DNA from: a virus
Taxonomy: Duplodnaviria; Caudoviricetes
Length of the DNA stretch: 64,000 bases
Virus record (IMG/VR): IMGVR_UViG_3300007177_000042
Direction: 5' to 3' (one strand)
Both the position numbers and the translations under genes were made by a program. Positions 45,905 to 55,485 of this stretch are shown piece by piece; positions within the stretch are counted from its first letter, which is position 1, and each line of letters opens with the position of its first letter. The notes under the pieces were generated by a model. The model was not told the origin of the DNA. It did no database searches and saw only the letters and a program-made list of their open reading frames with translations.

Positions 45905-47498
45905 TACAAAATCATTGAGGGATATCATCAAGGCAGAGTATAAAAAGTGCCTTGAAAATCCGATGTACTTTATGAAAAAGTACGTCAAAATTCAACATCC
46001 AAAACGGGGAACTATTCCTTTTGAACTGTATCCGTTTCAAGATCAGTCTTTGCGTGAAATCATAGATAATGATTATAACATCATTCTTAAAAGCCGTCAG
46101 CTGGGCATTACTACATTAAGTAGTGCATACAGCTTGTGGTTGATGGTTTTTCACAGTGACAAGAACATTTTGTGTATCAGTATTACACAAGAAACTTCCA
46201 AGGAAATCGTTACCCGTGTTCGTTTTGCTAACGACAACCTTCCAAGTTGGTTGAAAGTTCCATGTGTAGAAGACAATCGTTTGTCTTTGCGTCTCAAAAA
46301 CGGGTCACAAATTAAAGCAGTATCGTCCTCTGGCACAGCAGGCCGTTCCGCTGCTTTGTCGATGTTGATTATTGATGAAGCTGCATTCATCGACAACATT
46401 GACGAAATATGGACATCTGCTCAGTCTACTCTATCGACGGGTGGAAAAGCAATTGTTTTGTCCACACCAAATGGTGTCGGTAATTTTTTCCACAGAACAT
46501 GGGTTGATGCAGAAGCTAAAAAGAACAAGTTTCATACGATTAGACTTCCATGGCATTTACATCCCGAACGAGATCAATCGTGGAGAGATGAACAAACTAA
46601 GCTCTTGGGACCAAAAATGTCTGCCCAAGAATGTGATTGTGATTTCGCTACATCCGGTAATACGGTTGTTGAGGTTCCAGTATTGGATTTTTACAAACAA
46701 ACCAAAGTAAGACCGCCGGTCGAGACTAGGGGTATGGACAAATCGATGTGGATCTGGGAATATCCGGATTATAAGCGATCATATCTAGTTTCTGCTGACG
46801 TAGCACGCGGTGATGGGTCAGATTATAGTGCATTTCATATAATTGATGCAGAGACTTTTACACAGGTAGGTGAATACAAGGGACAGATATCTACTAAAGA
46901 TTATGGTAACTTGTTAGTTAATATTTCAACAGAGTATAATAATGCTTTGTTGGTTGTAGAAAATATGGCAGTTGGATGGGGAACTATTCAACAGATTATT
47001 GATAGAAAATATCCAAATCTATTTTATAGCAGTGCTGACTTGAAATATGTCGATGTAGAAAATCAAATGACCAATAAGATTAACTCACAGGAGAAAAAAA
47101 TGACGCCTGGGTTTACAACTACATCTGTTACTCGACAGTTAATTATCTCTCGATTGGAAAGTTATATGAGAGAAAAAGAGGTCAATATTCAGTCCACCCG
47201 TACTATCGACGAGTTTTATACATTTATCTGGAACAACGGTCGCGCGGAGGCCATGAAAAACTATCATGACGATTTGATCATGTCACTTGGTATAGGATTT
47301 TGGGTACGAGACACAGCTCTTAAATTACGGCAACAGTCAACGGATCTTACAAAAAATATGTTGGATCATATCAATAGGTCGAAAACTGATGTTACAAGTC
47401 CTGTATATAGTACAAAGAACGTATCTGCACAACAACAATGGCAGATGGCGGTTAGTGATAAACATCAAAAAGAGAGTTTAACTTGGTTATTATCGTGA
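45894..47498 (+). CDS. gp17: terminase large subunit (T4 gp17-like)
   Basis: LKSRQLGITT Walker A, IIDEAAF Walker B, STPNG, ADVARG and HDDLIMS nuclease motifs. Confidence 0.95.
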   Translation: MSNDTKSLRDIIKAEYKKCLENPMYFMKKYVKIQHPKRGTIPFELYPFQDQSLREIIDNDYNIILKSRQLGITTLSSAYSLWLMVFHSDKNILCISITQETSKEIVTRVRFANDNLPSWLKVPCVEDNRLSLRLKNGSQIKAVSSSGTAGRSAALSMLIIDEAAFIDNIDEIWTSAQSTLSTGGKAIVLSTPNGVGNFFHRTWVDAEAKKNKFHTIRLPWHLHPERDQSWRDEQTKLLGPKMSAQECDCDFATSGNTVVEVPVLDFYKQTKVRPPVETRGMDKSMWIWEYPDYKRSYLVSADVARGDGSDYSAFHIIDAETFTQVGEYKGQISTKDYGNLLVNISTEYNNALLVVENMAVGWGTIQQIIDRKYPNLFYSSADLKYVDVENQMTNKINSQEKKMTPGFTTTSVTRQLIISRLESYMREKEVNIQSTRTIDEFYTFIWNNGRAEAMKNYHDDLIMSLGIGFWVRDTALKLRQQSTDLTKNMLDHINRSKTDVTSPVYSTKNVSAQQQWQMAVSDKHQKESLTWLLS

Positions 47499-47523
47499 AA
47501 TTACACTATTTATTAGCAAATAT

Positions 47524-49428
47524 ATGGCAGATCAACCGACAGACTTAAAAAGCAGATCACTATTCGCTCGTCTAAAGAGACTTTTTTCTACAGACGTTAT
47601 AGTACGTAACGTAGGTGGTAAAAAGTTGAAAGTCGTCGATACCGATGAAGTAGCATATGCGACTGATAGAAACACACTCAGAGACCGTTTCAATCGTATT
47701 CGTACTTCGGCTTATAATCAATATAGTAGAGATTTTACCCTCAGTTATCAAGCAGCTCGTATCGAATTGTTTCGTGATTATGATACGATGGATATGGATC
47801 CGATTTTGAGTTCTGCTTTGGACATTTATGCCGACGAATCACTCACTCGTAATGAGATGGGTGATATGCTTATTATTAAAAGCCCAAATGATAACATTAA
47901 ACAGATTCTCCGAAATCTGTATTATGATATTATGAATATCGAGTTTAACTTGTGGAGTTATACTCGAAATATGTGTAAGTATGGCGATTTCTATCTTCGA
48001 TTGTACATTAGTCCTGAATACGGCGTTTACATGGTAGAACCAATTAGTGCATATAATGTGACCCGTGTTGAAAACAGTGATTTGTATAATAAGAATTATG
48101 TTAAGTTTCAAGTGAATTTACCGGATGGTGGAAAAGTTGAAGATCTTGAAAACTATCAAGTAGCACATTTTCGTTTGTTGAGTGATAGTAACTTTCTACC
48201 ATACGGAAAGAGTATGTTAGAGAGTGCTCGTCGGGTTTGGAAACAGTTGAGTTTGATGGAAGATGCAATGTTGATTCATCGTATCATGCGTGCTCCCGAA
48301 AAACGTATTTTCAAAATCGATGTGGGTAACATTCCTCCAAATGAAATTGATAACTATATGGAAAAGGTTATCAGTAAAATGAAGAAGGTTCCTTATATCG
48401 ATGAAAAGACTGGTGATTATAACCTTCGTTTCAATCTTCAAAACATGGTTGAAGATTTTTACTTACCAGTACGTGGTAGTGATAGTGGAACATCAATTGA
48501 TACGCTTAGTGGCATGGAATTTACTGGTACGGATGACATTGAATATCTTCGTAAAAAGATGATGGCAGCCTTGAAGATTCCAAAAGCATTTTTGAGTTAT
48601 GACGAAGATTTGAGTGGTAAGGCTACACTGGCTCAAGAAGATGTTCGTTTTTCACGTACAATTCAACGTATTCAACAAATCATAATTAGCGAACTAGTCA
48701 AGATTGGTATTGTTCATTTATATGCTCAAGGATATCGTGATGCAAGTTTGGTTGATTTTAGTCTTGAACTAACGAATCCATCCACGGTATTTGAAAAAGA
48801 GAAAATTGCAATTTGGTCAGATAAAGTCAGTGTTGCTAAAGACATGATTGAAAACAAGATGTTTAGCAAAAAATGGGTATATCGTGAGGTATTTAACATG
48901 TCAGATGATGATGCTGCTTCATTGAAGAACGATATTGTGGACGATGCAAAACAAGCATATCGATTCAAACAAATAGAAGACGAAGGAAACGACCCAGCAA
49001 AATCATTCCAAAAAGTGAACAAAGACGGTTCAACTGATACCATGGGATCCGAAAGCAAACCTAGTGCAGAACCACCGGGTGAACCAGAACCACCAACTAG
49101 TGGTAAAGAATCAGGATCGCCTCCACTAAAAGAAAAGAAATCTGACTACGAACGTCCTTCTCAGGCGGGAATTAAAAAGGCCAGCGATTATCCGTTTGGA
49201 GAAGATGTACTTGGCAATTTGGAAAACAATAGATCTTTTAAATCTGATATGAGTATTACCCACAAATTTGCTGGGGGATCTCCGTTCAGTTTAGAGTCTG
49301 TAGGAATACCAAAAGATAATCTAACACAATTGGACAGTTATCTCAAAACACTTAAACAAGAAAAACAAGAATTGCTATCCGAAAATAGTAATAAATCTTT
49401 GATGGATGAAACCAATATTATGGAATAA
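47524..49428 (+). CDS. gp20: portal protein (T4 gp20-like)
   Basis: MEDAMLIHRIMRAPEKRIFKIDVGNIP, EDFYLPVRG, ALKIPK. Confidence 0.95.
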   Translation: MADQPTDLKSRSLFARLKRLFSTDVIVRNVGGKKLKVVDTDEVAYATDRNTLRDRFNRIRTSAYNQYSRDFTLSYQAARIELFRDYDTMDMDPILSSALDIYADESLTRNEMGDMLIIKSPNDNIKQILRNLYYDIMNIEFNLWSYTRNMCKYGDFYLRLYISPEYGVYMVEPISAYNVTRVENSDLYNKNYVKFQVNLPDGGKVEDLENYQVAHFRLLSDSNFLPYGKSMLESARRVWKQLSLMEDAMLIHRIMRAPEKRIFKIDVGNIPPNEIDNYMEKVISKMKKVPYIDEKTGDYNLRFNLQNMVEDFYLPVRGSDSGTSIDTLSGMEFTGTDDIEYLRKKMMAALKIPKAFLSYDEDLSGKATLAQEDVRFSRTIQRIQQIIISELVKIGIVHLYAQGYRDASLVDFSLELTNPSTVFEKEKIAIWSDKVSVAKDMIENKMFSKKWVYREVFNMSDDDAASLKNDIVDDAKQAYRFKQIEDEGNDPAKSFQKVNKDGSTDTMGSESKPSAEPPGEPEPPTSGKESGSPPLKEKKSDYERPSQAGIKKASDYPFGEDVLGNLENNRSFKSDMSITHKFAGGSPFSLESVGIPKDNLTQLDSYLKTLKQEKQELLSENSNKSLMDETNIME

Positions 49429-49482
49429 TAAATATGGGAGTTTCAAAAAACATTGATATATTTATACCTTATAACTAATAGT

Positions 49483-50346
49483 ATGCGCAAATCTAAGCAT
49501 TCAAAGTTCAAAAATACAGGAATTTTGTTTGAGCTGCTCACCAGACAAATAACCGCCGACATTTTGTCCGGAAAAAATGAGTCAGCAGCAAAACAAATTC
49601 TTTTCAAGTATTTTACTGAAAATACTGAATTGGGCAGGGAGTATCAACTATACAACTTTCTACTGAACGAGAAAGCAAGAGATGCAGCTCATGCTGAACG
49701 GATTGTCAATGTGGTGTTGGAATCACGATCCAAGATTGATGAAAAGAAATTAACACAACAAAAATACGAATTGATCCGAGAAATCAAAAGCATTTATCCG
49801 ATTGAGAGTTTCTTAAAAGCCAATATCAAAAACTACCGAACGTTGGCATCAATATATAAAATTTTCGAAAATCGGTCATCTACCCAATCAGAATTGAAGG
49901 ATTTGGTTCAGGCGCGAGAATCTATCAATGAATCACTACTAAACAAAACCGTTCGTAAAAATGACAGTGAAGAAAAATTGATAGAACACTATAAAAAACA
50001 AAGTGAAGATATTCGATTGCTCACATATAAGATTTTGTTGGAAAGTGTAAATGATAAGTATAAAAACTTTAACGACCGACAAAAACGACTCATCAGAGAA
50101 TATATTTTGAACGTATCCAATACAAATGCGCTTTCAAAGTTTATATGTGAAGAGGTCGAGACTGTTAAAACAGAAATTTCTACATTATCAGCAAAAATTT
50201 CAGACAATCCGGTGGTTCAAATCAAATTGAACGAAATTACTAAAGTGTTGGAACGTATAAAACCAACAACTATTGTTAAAGACAATCATGTGATGACTTT
50301 GCTTTTGTCATATGAATTGATTAAAGAATTGAATAGCGTAAAGTAA
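49483..50346 (+). CDS. hypothetical head-region protein
   Basis: KHSKFKNTGILFELL N-terminus; start set at ATG 49483 after ATATATTTATAC. Confidence 0.8.
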   Translation: MRKSKHSKFKNTGILFELLTRQITADILSGKNESAAKQILFKYFTENTELGREYQLYNFLLNEKARDAAHAERIVNVVLESRSKIDEKKLTQQKYELIREIKSIYPIESFLKANIKNYRTLASIYKIFENRSSTQSELKDLVQARESINESLLNKTVRKNDSEEKLIEHYKKQSEDIRLLTYKILLESVNDKYKNFNDRQKRLIREYILNVSNTNALSKFICEEVETVKTEISTLSAKISDNPVVQIKLNEITKVLERIKPTTIVKDNHVMTLLLSYELIKELNSVK

Positions 50347-50347
50347 T

Positions 50348-50998
50348 ATGAGCGACAAAAAACCAAAAACCCCAAAGTTGATTACTGGCGAAGATAAACT
50401 CAAAGAGTTGATTAAACGTCTTATTCGTCAAGAACTCGATGAAATGACCGGTACAGGAGCCGTTGCCCCTGTTACTGGACCATTTGCGTTTTCACAAAGA
50501 GGTCAACGTCATGGTAAAAAAGCAACCGACGCAATGAAAGGTTTGGGGTTTAGTGTTGCTAAGGAAATCGACGAAGAAAAGAAAAAGAGTAAAAAATTAG
50601 ACCCGGTGGGTCACGAAGATTCGGATGTAAATAACGATGGAAAATCGGATGGTACCGATCAATATTTGCTTAAGCGTCGATTGGCTGTTGCTAAACAACA
50701 AAAGAGAAAAAAAGTCATCCAACACCTTGAAAAAGAACTAGATAAATTGGATGAAGCTACTTCTAGATATAACCGACTCAAGACTTTTCCAAAAAAAAAC
50801 TCATATAAAATATCACTATTGACGCAAGAAATTACAAAAATGTTAAGAGAAGTTGATTTTTTGATGTCGATGAATGAAAAACTGAAAACTGAGATGGGTG
50901 TGTCAAAAGACGATTTATGGAAAAGAACATCTCATAGAATTTCTGAAATTAAGGCTCGACTAAAATCAATCGGTACTAAACTTCGAAGCATAGAATAA
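50348..50998 (+). CDS. hypothetical head-region protein with EF-hand-like loop
   Basis: DSDVNNDGKSD loop; several LxE sites. Confidence 0.75.
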   Translation: MSDKKPKTPKLITGEDKLKELIKRLIRQELDEMTGTGAVAPVTGPFAFSQRGQRHGKKATDAMKGLGFSVAKEIDEEKKKSKKLDPVGHEDSDVNNDGKSDGTDQYLLKRRLAVAKQQKRKKVIQHLEKELDKLDEATSRYNRLKTFPKKNSYKISLLTQEITKMLREVDFLMSMNEKLKTEMGVSKDDLWKRTSHRISEIKARLKSIGTKLRSIE

Positions 50999-51000
50999 TT

Positions 51001-51504
51001 ATGATTTCACTAGTTAAATTGCTTTCTGAACAAGATGTACAATCGACAGCAGGAGGACAACCATTGCCTCCGGGTGCTGTCGATTATAATGTCAGTACGG
51101 ATTTTTCGGATTTTGAAACCAAAATAGCTAATGCTACTGAACAATCAAAAGCAGCATTTCTTCGAAATTTGAACGCTCGGGTTCTCGGTAAGAAAGTATC
51201 AATACAAGCATCAAAAGGATATGGACAACCTATTCGTGACTATACAATATCAGTCACATCTACCAGTTTGGATTATTTTTACGATAGATATGTTGTGATT
51301 CTACGTGATGAAAACGACAAGGAATATTTTCTAAAAACCGGTTTTAAGATTACTATCGTTGGACAGGGAGAACCATTAAAACCAAAGAAACAAAAGAAGC
51401 CAAGCGTTCCAAAAGAACCAGTGGTTCAATCACCAACTGAAAAACAACCTGTTGTTTCTAAACCATCTTTACCTGTTGCACCAACACAACAAAAACCATC
51501 TTAA
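51001..51504 (+). CDS. hypothetical head-region protein
   Basis: MISLVKLLSE N-terminus, Pro/Lys-rich tail. Confidence 0.75.
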   Translation: MISLVKLLSEQDVQSTAGGQPLPPGAVDYNVSTDFSDFETKIANATEQSKAAFLRNLNARVLGKKVSIQASKGYGQPIRDYTISVTSTSLDYFYDRYVVILRDENDKEYFLKTGFKITIVGQGEPLKPKKQKKPSVPKEPVVQSPTEKQPVVSKPSLPVAPTQQKPS

Positions 51505-51505
51505 T

Positions 51506-52117
51506 ATGGACGCAAAAGAATTACTAAACAATTGGATATTTTTCGAACCAGTGGGTTCACTCAACGAATCGTTTGATGATCCAAATAAAACCATATTGGT
51601 ACAAGGCGTACTTCAAAGAGCTAACGCTAAAAATCAAAATGGCCGTGTATATCCCAAAGATATTTTGGAACGTGAAGTTCAAAAATACGATCAAAATTTC
51701 GTAAAAGAACGTCGTGCATTGGGCGAACTCGATCATCCTGATAGCAGTGTTGTTAATCTTCAAAACGTCAGTCACAATGTAGTTGAAATGATGTGGAGCG
51801 GTGACGATTTGATCGGAAAGGTTGAAATATTGCCTACACCAAATGGTAATATTTTGAAACAACTTTTAAAAGCAGGAATCAAGTTGGGAATTAGTAGTCG
51901 TGGTCTTGGTAGTGTTCGTAAAAACGTTCGTGAGAACGCAGATGAAGTACAAGATGACTTTGAGTTGATTGCATTCGATTTTGTAAGCAATCCATCAACC
52001 AGAGGAGCATTTATGTTTCCATCCGGAACACTCAAGGAGTCTGTAGAACGAACTGTAAGTAACAAGTACGAAAAAGTTGAAAGTTTGATTCGGGACATCA
52101 TCTCAGAAATAAAATAA
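51506..52117 (+). CDS. gp21: prohead core protease (T4 gp21-like)
   Basis: NQNGRVYP, ALGELDHP, GISSRGLGS, DFVSNPS; ATG 51506 preferred over track start 51452. Confidence 0.93.
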   Translation: MDAKELLNNWIFFEPVGSLNESFDDPNKTILVQGVLQRANAKNQNGRVYPKDILEREVQKYDQNFVKERRALGELDHPDSSVVNLQNVSHNVVEMMWSGDDLIGKVEILPTPNGNILKQLLKAGIKLGISSRGLGSVRKNVRENADEVQDDFELIAFDFVSNPSTRGAFMFPSGTLKESVERTVSNKYEKVESLIRDIISEIK

Positions 52118-52121
52118 CCAT

Positions 52122-53663
52122 ATGGAAGAAGCATTTTTTGACAGATTAAAGGCTAATTTAGCACGAACCGGTCAAGCCGTAAAAAATGTAATGCCTGGTT
52201 CATCAAAGACACAGGACAGCAAAGATGCTGCTGCTATGTCATTGTTCAAAACATTTGTCAAAAAATACACAAGTAAGAATCAGGCATACAACGATTTTCT
52301 TGATGATTTCGCAACAATGTTCAATTTGCCAGGAGCAAAAACTCCAGTCGGTAGAAAAAATGCAATTGAATTCATGCAGTCTCAAGGATCCAGATTTCAA
52401 TCTATATTGAAATATTTGACTGATAATAAATTGATTGGTGGTCAGGCTGGAACACCTTCTTCAGCCGGTGTTCCTCCGGTTATTGTGTCGCCAGGTGCGC
52501 CTGGAACGACGCCTGGGTCATCGACTAGTGATCAATCTTCACCAGTTGCACCATCATCTAGTACATCTTCTGCTACCGTATCACCATCTGTCACAGTAAC
52601 TCCACGATTGACAAAAAAGCTGGCTGTAGCTAAGTTGAATCCAATTGTGTCCGGCACATTGGTTCCACGTCTTCAAAAGATGTTGAAGTTGGACGCTTCT
52701 AATCCAACTAATATCAAGTATGTAAAAGCACTTGTCAACGCTATCAAAAACTCAGTATCTAATAAATCAAACATTGCATCTTTACAAAAAAATTTGGGAG
52801 GAAATGTTTCTGCTCTTAGAAGATCAATGATGGCTGAAGATATTACTTCGGGTGATATTGTTGCTATTACAAAAGAAATTAAGTCTCTCATTCCTCTATT
52901 GGTTGATATCGCATTTGAACTACGTCAATCTGTAAGTAAGAAAAACAAATCGTCAACGTCTATACCTACCGGCGTACCTCCTGTATTGACAACCCCTCCA
53001 ATAACTGAGGCCGATCAGACATCACAATTAACAGTTGAAGATATCCGATTGGTAAAGGCATTTTTAACTAAATTGAATGATTTGTCAGTTTCGTTGAAAA
53101 CATTCGACCCTACAAAAGCTACTAGATCGACCGTGAAACCGATCATTGGAAATATTTTGGATATTTTTGATATTGTCACCGGAAAGGTGAATCCAAATAT
53201 TAAGATCAACAAAACAATCGATTCGTTGTTTCAAGGCATGGATTTGTTAGGACCAACAACGACAACACAGAAACCAAAAAATGGTACGATAGTTGTTGCA
53301 AAAAACAAAGAGTTGGGTGGAATGAGTGATGGCCAAGTTTTTAGATTTGTAGACGATAAATGGATGAGTCTTGGTGTGATTGCTAACCCATCGTTTGATA
53401 AAAAAGGTGAGTTAGATGATGCAGATCCTAAAGGTAAAGAATTGATATCAAAACTCAATGTAATTGGTTCACAACGGGATGATACGACTGAGTTGGAAAA
53501 GGCCATCGAAGACAAAAAGTTGAAATCAGCTGAAAAGGCTAGACAAGAAAAGAATAAAAAGGACAGTGAGATGGATAAGTCTGGCGGAGAACCAGATCAA
53601 AGAACATCAGATAAAGATAATCCGGAACTAGAAGAACACACGGTCTATAAAAAGTTCTTCTGA
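52122..53663 (+). CDS. large hypothetical protein, possible internal head protein
   Basis: 513 aa, Ser/Pro-rich linker, MAE/ITE/LEE sites. Confidence 0.7.
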   Translation: MEEAFFDRLKANLARTGQAVKNVMPGSSKTQDSKDAAAMSLFKTFVKKYTSKNQAYNDFLDDFATMFNLPGAKTPVGRKNAIEFMQSQGSRFQSILKYLTDNKLIGGQAGTPSSAGVPPVIVSPGAPGTTPGSSTSDQSSPVAPSSSTSSATVSPSVTVTPRLTKKLAVAKLNPIVSGTLVPRLQKMLKLDASNPTNIKYVKALVNAIKNSVSNKSNIASLQKNLGGNVSALRRSMMAEDITSGDIVAITKEIKSLIPLLVDIAFELRQSVSKKNKSSTSIPTGVPPVLTTPPITEADQTSQLTVEDIRLVKAFLTKLNDLSVSLKTFDPTKATRSTVKPIIGNILDIFDIVTGKVNPNIKINKTIDSLFQGMDLLGPTTTTQKPKNGTIVVAKNKELGGMSDGQVFRFVDDKWMSLGVIANPSFDKKGELDDADPKGKELISKLNVIGSQRDDTTELEKAIEDKKLKSAEKARQEKNKKDSEMDKSGGEPDQRTSDKDNPELEEHTVYKKFF

Positions 53664-53677
53664 CCAACAATGTGAAT

Positions 53678-53710
53678 AAAAAACCCACTCTTTCGAGTGG
53701 GTTCTTTTTT
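53678..53710. terminator. bidirectional terminator between convergent genes
   Basis: A tract-ACCCACTC-TTTC-GAGTGGGT-T tract. Confidence 0.85.
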
Positions 53711-53724
53711 GTTAGATGATTGAT

Positions 53725-54645
53725 TTAGTCCATGTGGAAATATCGTTCCAATACCATTCCACATTCTTTATACAGTGTTTGCATATTTCTCATTGATTCG
53801 TCACAATCGGCGGCCATCTTTTTAAACTCTGTTGCCATCTTTTTAATCTCGGTCATATTTCGACGAATAGTCTTTTCTTCAAACCAAGCGTTTTCATCCT
53901 TGTTACCTTCATGAACTTTTTCGGTAAGATAAGCTTCTGCCAACTCACCAATGTTTGCCATTTTGTTAGCGACCTCCATTAGGTTTTTACGTGCTTCTAA
54001 TACTTCGTTATATCTGTTGTATTCACTTACTAGAGACTGAAGCATTTTCTTCTGTTCTTTTGTTAGTCCACGTTGAACGACAGATCCTTCGGCTTGAGCA
54101 TGTTGGCTTACAGGAACAATATCTTGTCTGGCCGGTGACGGAGGGGCGGCTGGAGGCAAATTTTCTAAAATGGTTTTGAGTTTCATATTCTTGTATAAAT
54201 ATATTCGTTCGGTCAAATCTTCAGTTAAAGTATCAAAATAATCCAACAATCCGGGATTTTTTTCGTTTCCTATAAGTGTATGAAATGTTTTTTCAAGAGC
54301 ATAGTTGTTATCGGGTGTATTATTTGATTTTCTTTCCAAACACCATTTATGATCTTTTGTTCTTGATATTCTACGGAGATATTTTTGTGGTTCATAATCT
54401 ACTGATGAATGAATTTCTTCTTCCATGTAGTATCCTTCTTCACCAGATCCACCGTGAGAAAATCCCATACTAGCAAACAATTCAACATCGCCTGGTTTCC
54501 ATTCTTTCAATGGTACTAAAGTAGGATGTGATTGGGTTTTTTCACCTTTTAACGTATGTGTAATCGCTGATGATTGAATCTGATGTGGGTGTTTTCCCCC
54601 AACATTAGGATTGTGAAACGTCACGATATTGCTTACTTTATCCAT
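53725..54645 (-). CDS. hypothetical ORF, probably two genes joined in frame (54645-54205 and 54186-53725)
   Basis: Internal TATTTATA motif and ATG (MKLKTILEN) follow a CGA codon at 54205-54207. Confidence 0.65.
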   Translation of the reverse strand: MDKVSNIVTFHNPNVGGKHPHQIQSSAITHTLKGEKTQSHPTLVPLKEWKPGDVELFASMGFSHGGSGEEGYYMEEEIHSSVDYEPQKYLRRISRTKDHKWCLERKSNNTPDNNYALEKTFHTLIGNEKNPGLLDYFDTLTEDLTERIYLYKNMKLKTILENLPPAAPPSPARQDIVPVSQHAQAEGSVVQRGLTKEQKKMLQSLVSEYNRYNEVLEARKNLMEVANKMANIGELAEAYLTEKVHEGNKDENAWFEEKTIRRNMTEIKKMATEFKKMAADCDESMRNMQTLYKECGMVLERYFHMD

Positions 54646-54646
54646 A

Positions 54647-55318
54647 TTAGAGTCCTATATCTTCGTTGACATCTTTGAGAAACTCAATAAATAATTCCGG
54701 ATTACCTTGTACAGTGGTAAAACTATTCGAAGTGATTTCAATTACTTTTTTTGTTTCTGGCTTTGTAGGTTCTGTTTTTTCGGCTGAATCAACGGGTTCT
54801 TGTTTTTGTTGAGGTTGTGATGGTTCAATAAGAGTAAATGTTTTATACACGATATTGTTTCCGGTACGTATCTTTTTTACGACGGTTGTTTTGTTTGTTT
54901 TTACAAACTTACCATCGTCTACAACATCCTCGGTGCTTTTGTATCGTATTTCAAATACATTTTTTGAAAACGGAGGTTTTAGGTTTGGAATATTGGTCGA
55001 ATCTTTTTCTTGTTGTGTGAAAGATATACCAATGTTTTGAGGCAATTTTAAATACTTTTCAAAATCCGGAATCTCGATTTCTTTTTTTTCTACATTTGCA
55101 GATGTTTCGTCTTCTGCTATAATTTCTTGAATAATACCAGCAATCAATTCCTTTAATTTACTTTTTGCATAGTCGGATAATTGTTTGTCTGTCATTTGTA
55201 ATAAAGGTTTGATTTTGACTTGAAGCCCTTTTGGTAAACTAGAAAGGCTTTTTTTGCCTCTTTTTACAGACAGAGCCAATCCCATTAAACGTTGTTGAGC
55301 AAGTGATTTCGCCGGCAT
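54647..55318 (-). CDS. hypothetical head-region protein
   Basis: MPAKSLAQQRLMGLAL N-terminus, KLKELI...IIAE; CTATTTATATC motif upstream. Confidence 0.8.
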   Translation of the reverse strand: MPAKSLAQQRLMGLALSVKRGKKSLSSLPKGLQVKIKPLLQMTDKQLSDYAKSKLKELIAGIIQEIIAEDETSANVEKKEIEIPDFEKYLKLPQNIGISFTQQEKDSTNIPNLKPPFSKNVFEIRYKSTEDVVDDGKFVKTNKTTVVKKIRTGNNIVYKTFTLIEPSQPQQKQEPVDSAEKTEPTKPETKKVIEITSNSFTTVQGNPELFIEFLKDVNEDIGL

Positions 55319-55323
55319 AATGA

Positions 55324-55393
55324 TATAAATAGACCAACGATCTATACAAATTTCAATAATTTTGTAGCTTTGTATTTTTTGTGTATATTTATA
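55324..55393. promoter_or_regulatory. back-to-back TATTTAT motifs (putative divergent late promoters)
   Basis: CTATTTATAT on - at about 55324-55333 and GTATATTTATAT on + at about 55383-55394. Confidence 0.55.
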
Positions 55394-55485
55394 TCGAAAT
55401 GCGACAACTTCTTTGTTGCCAGACGAATATCAATTCTTATTGAAGTTCTCCCCAATAACTTCAGAACCACAAGGAAAATACTAAT

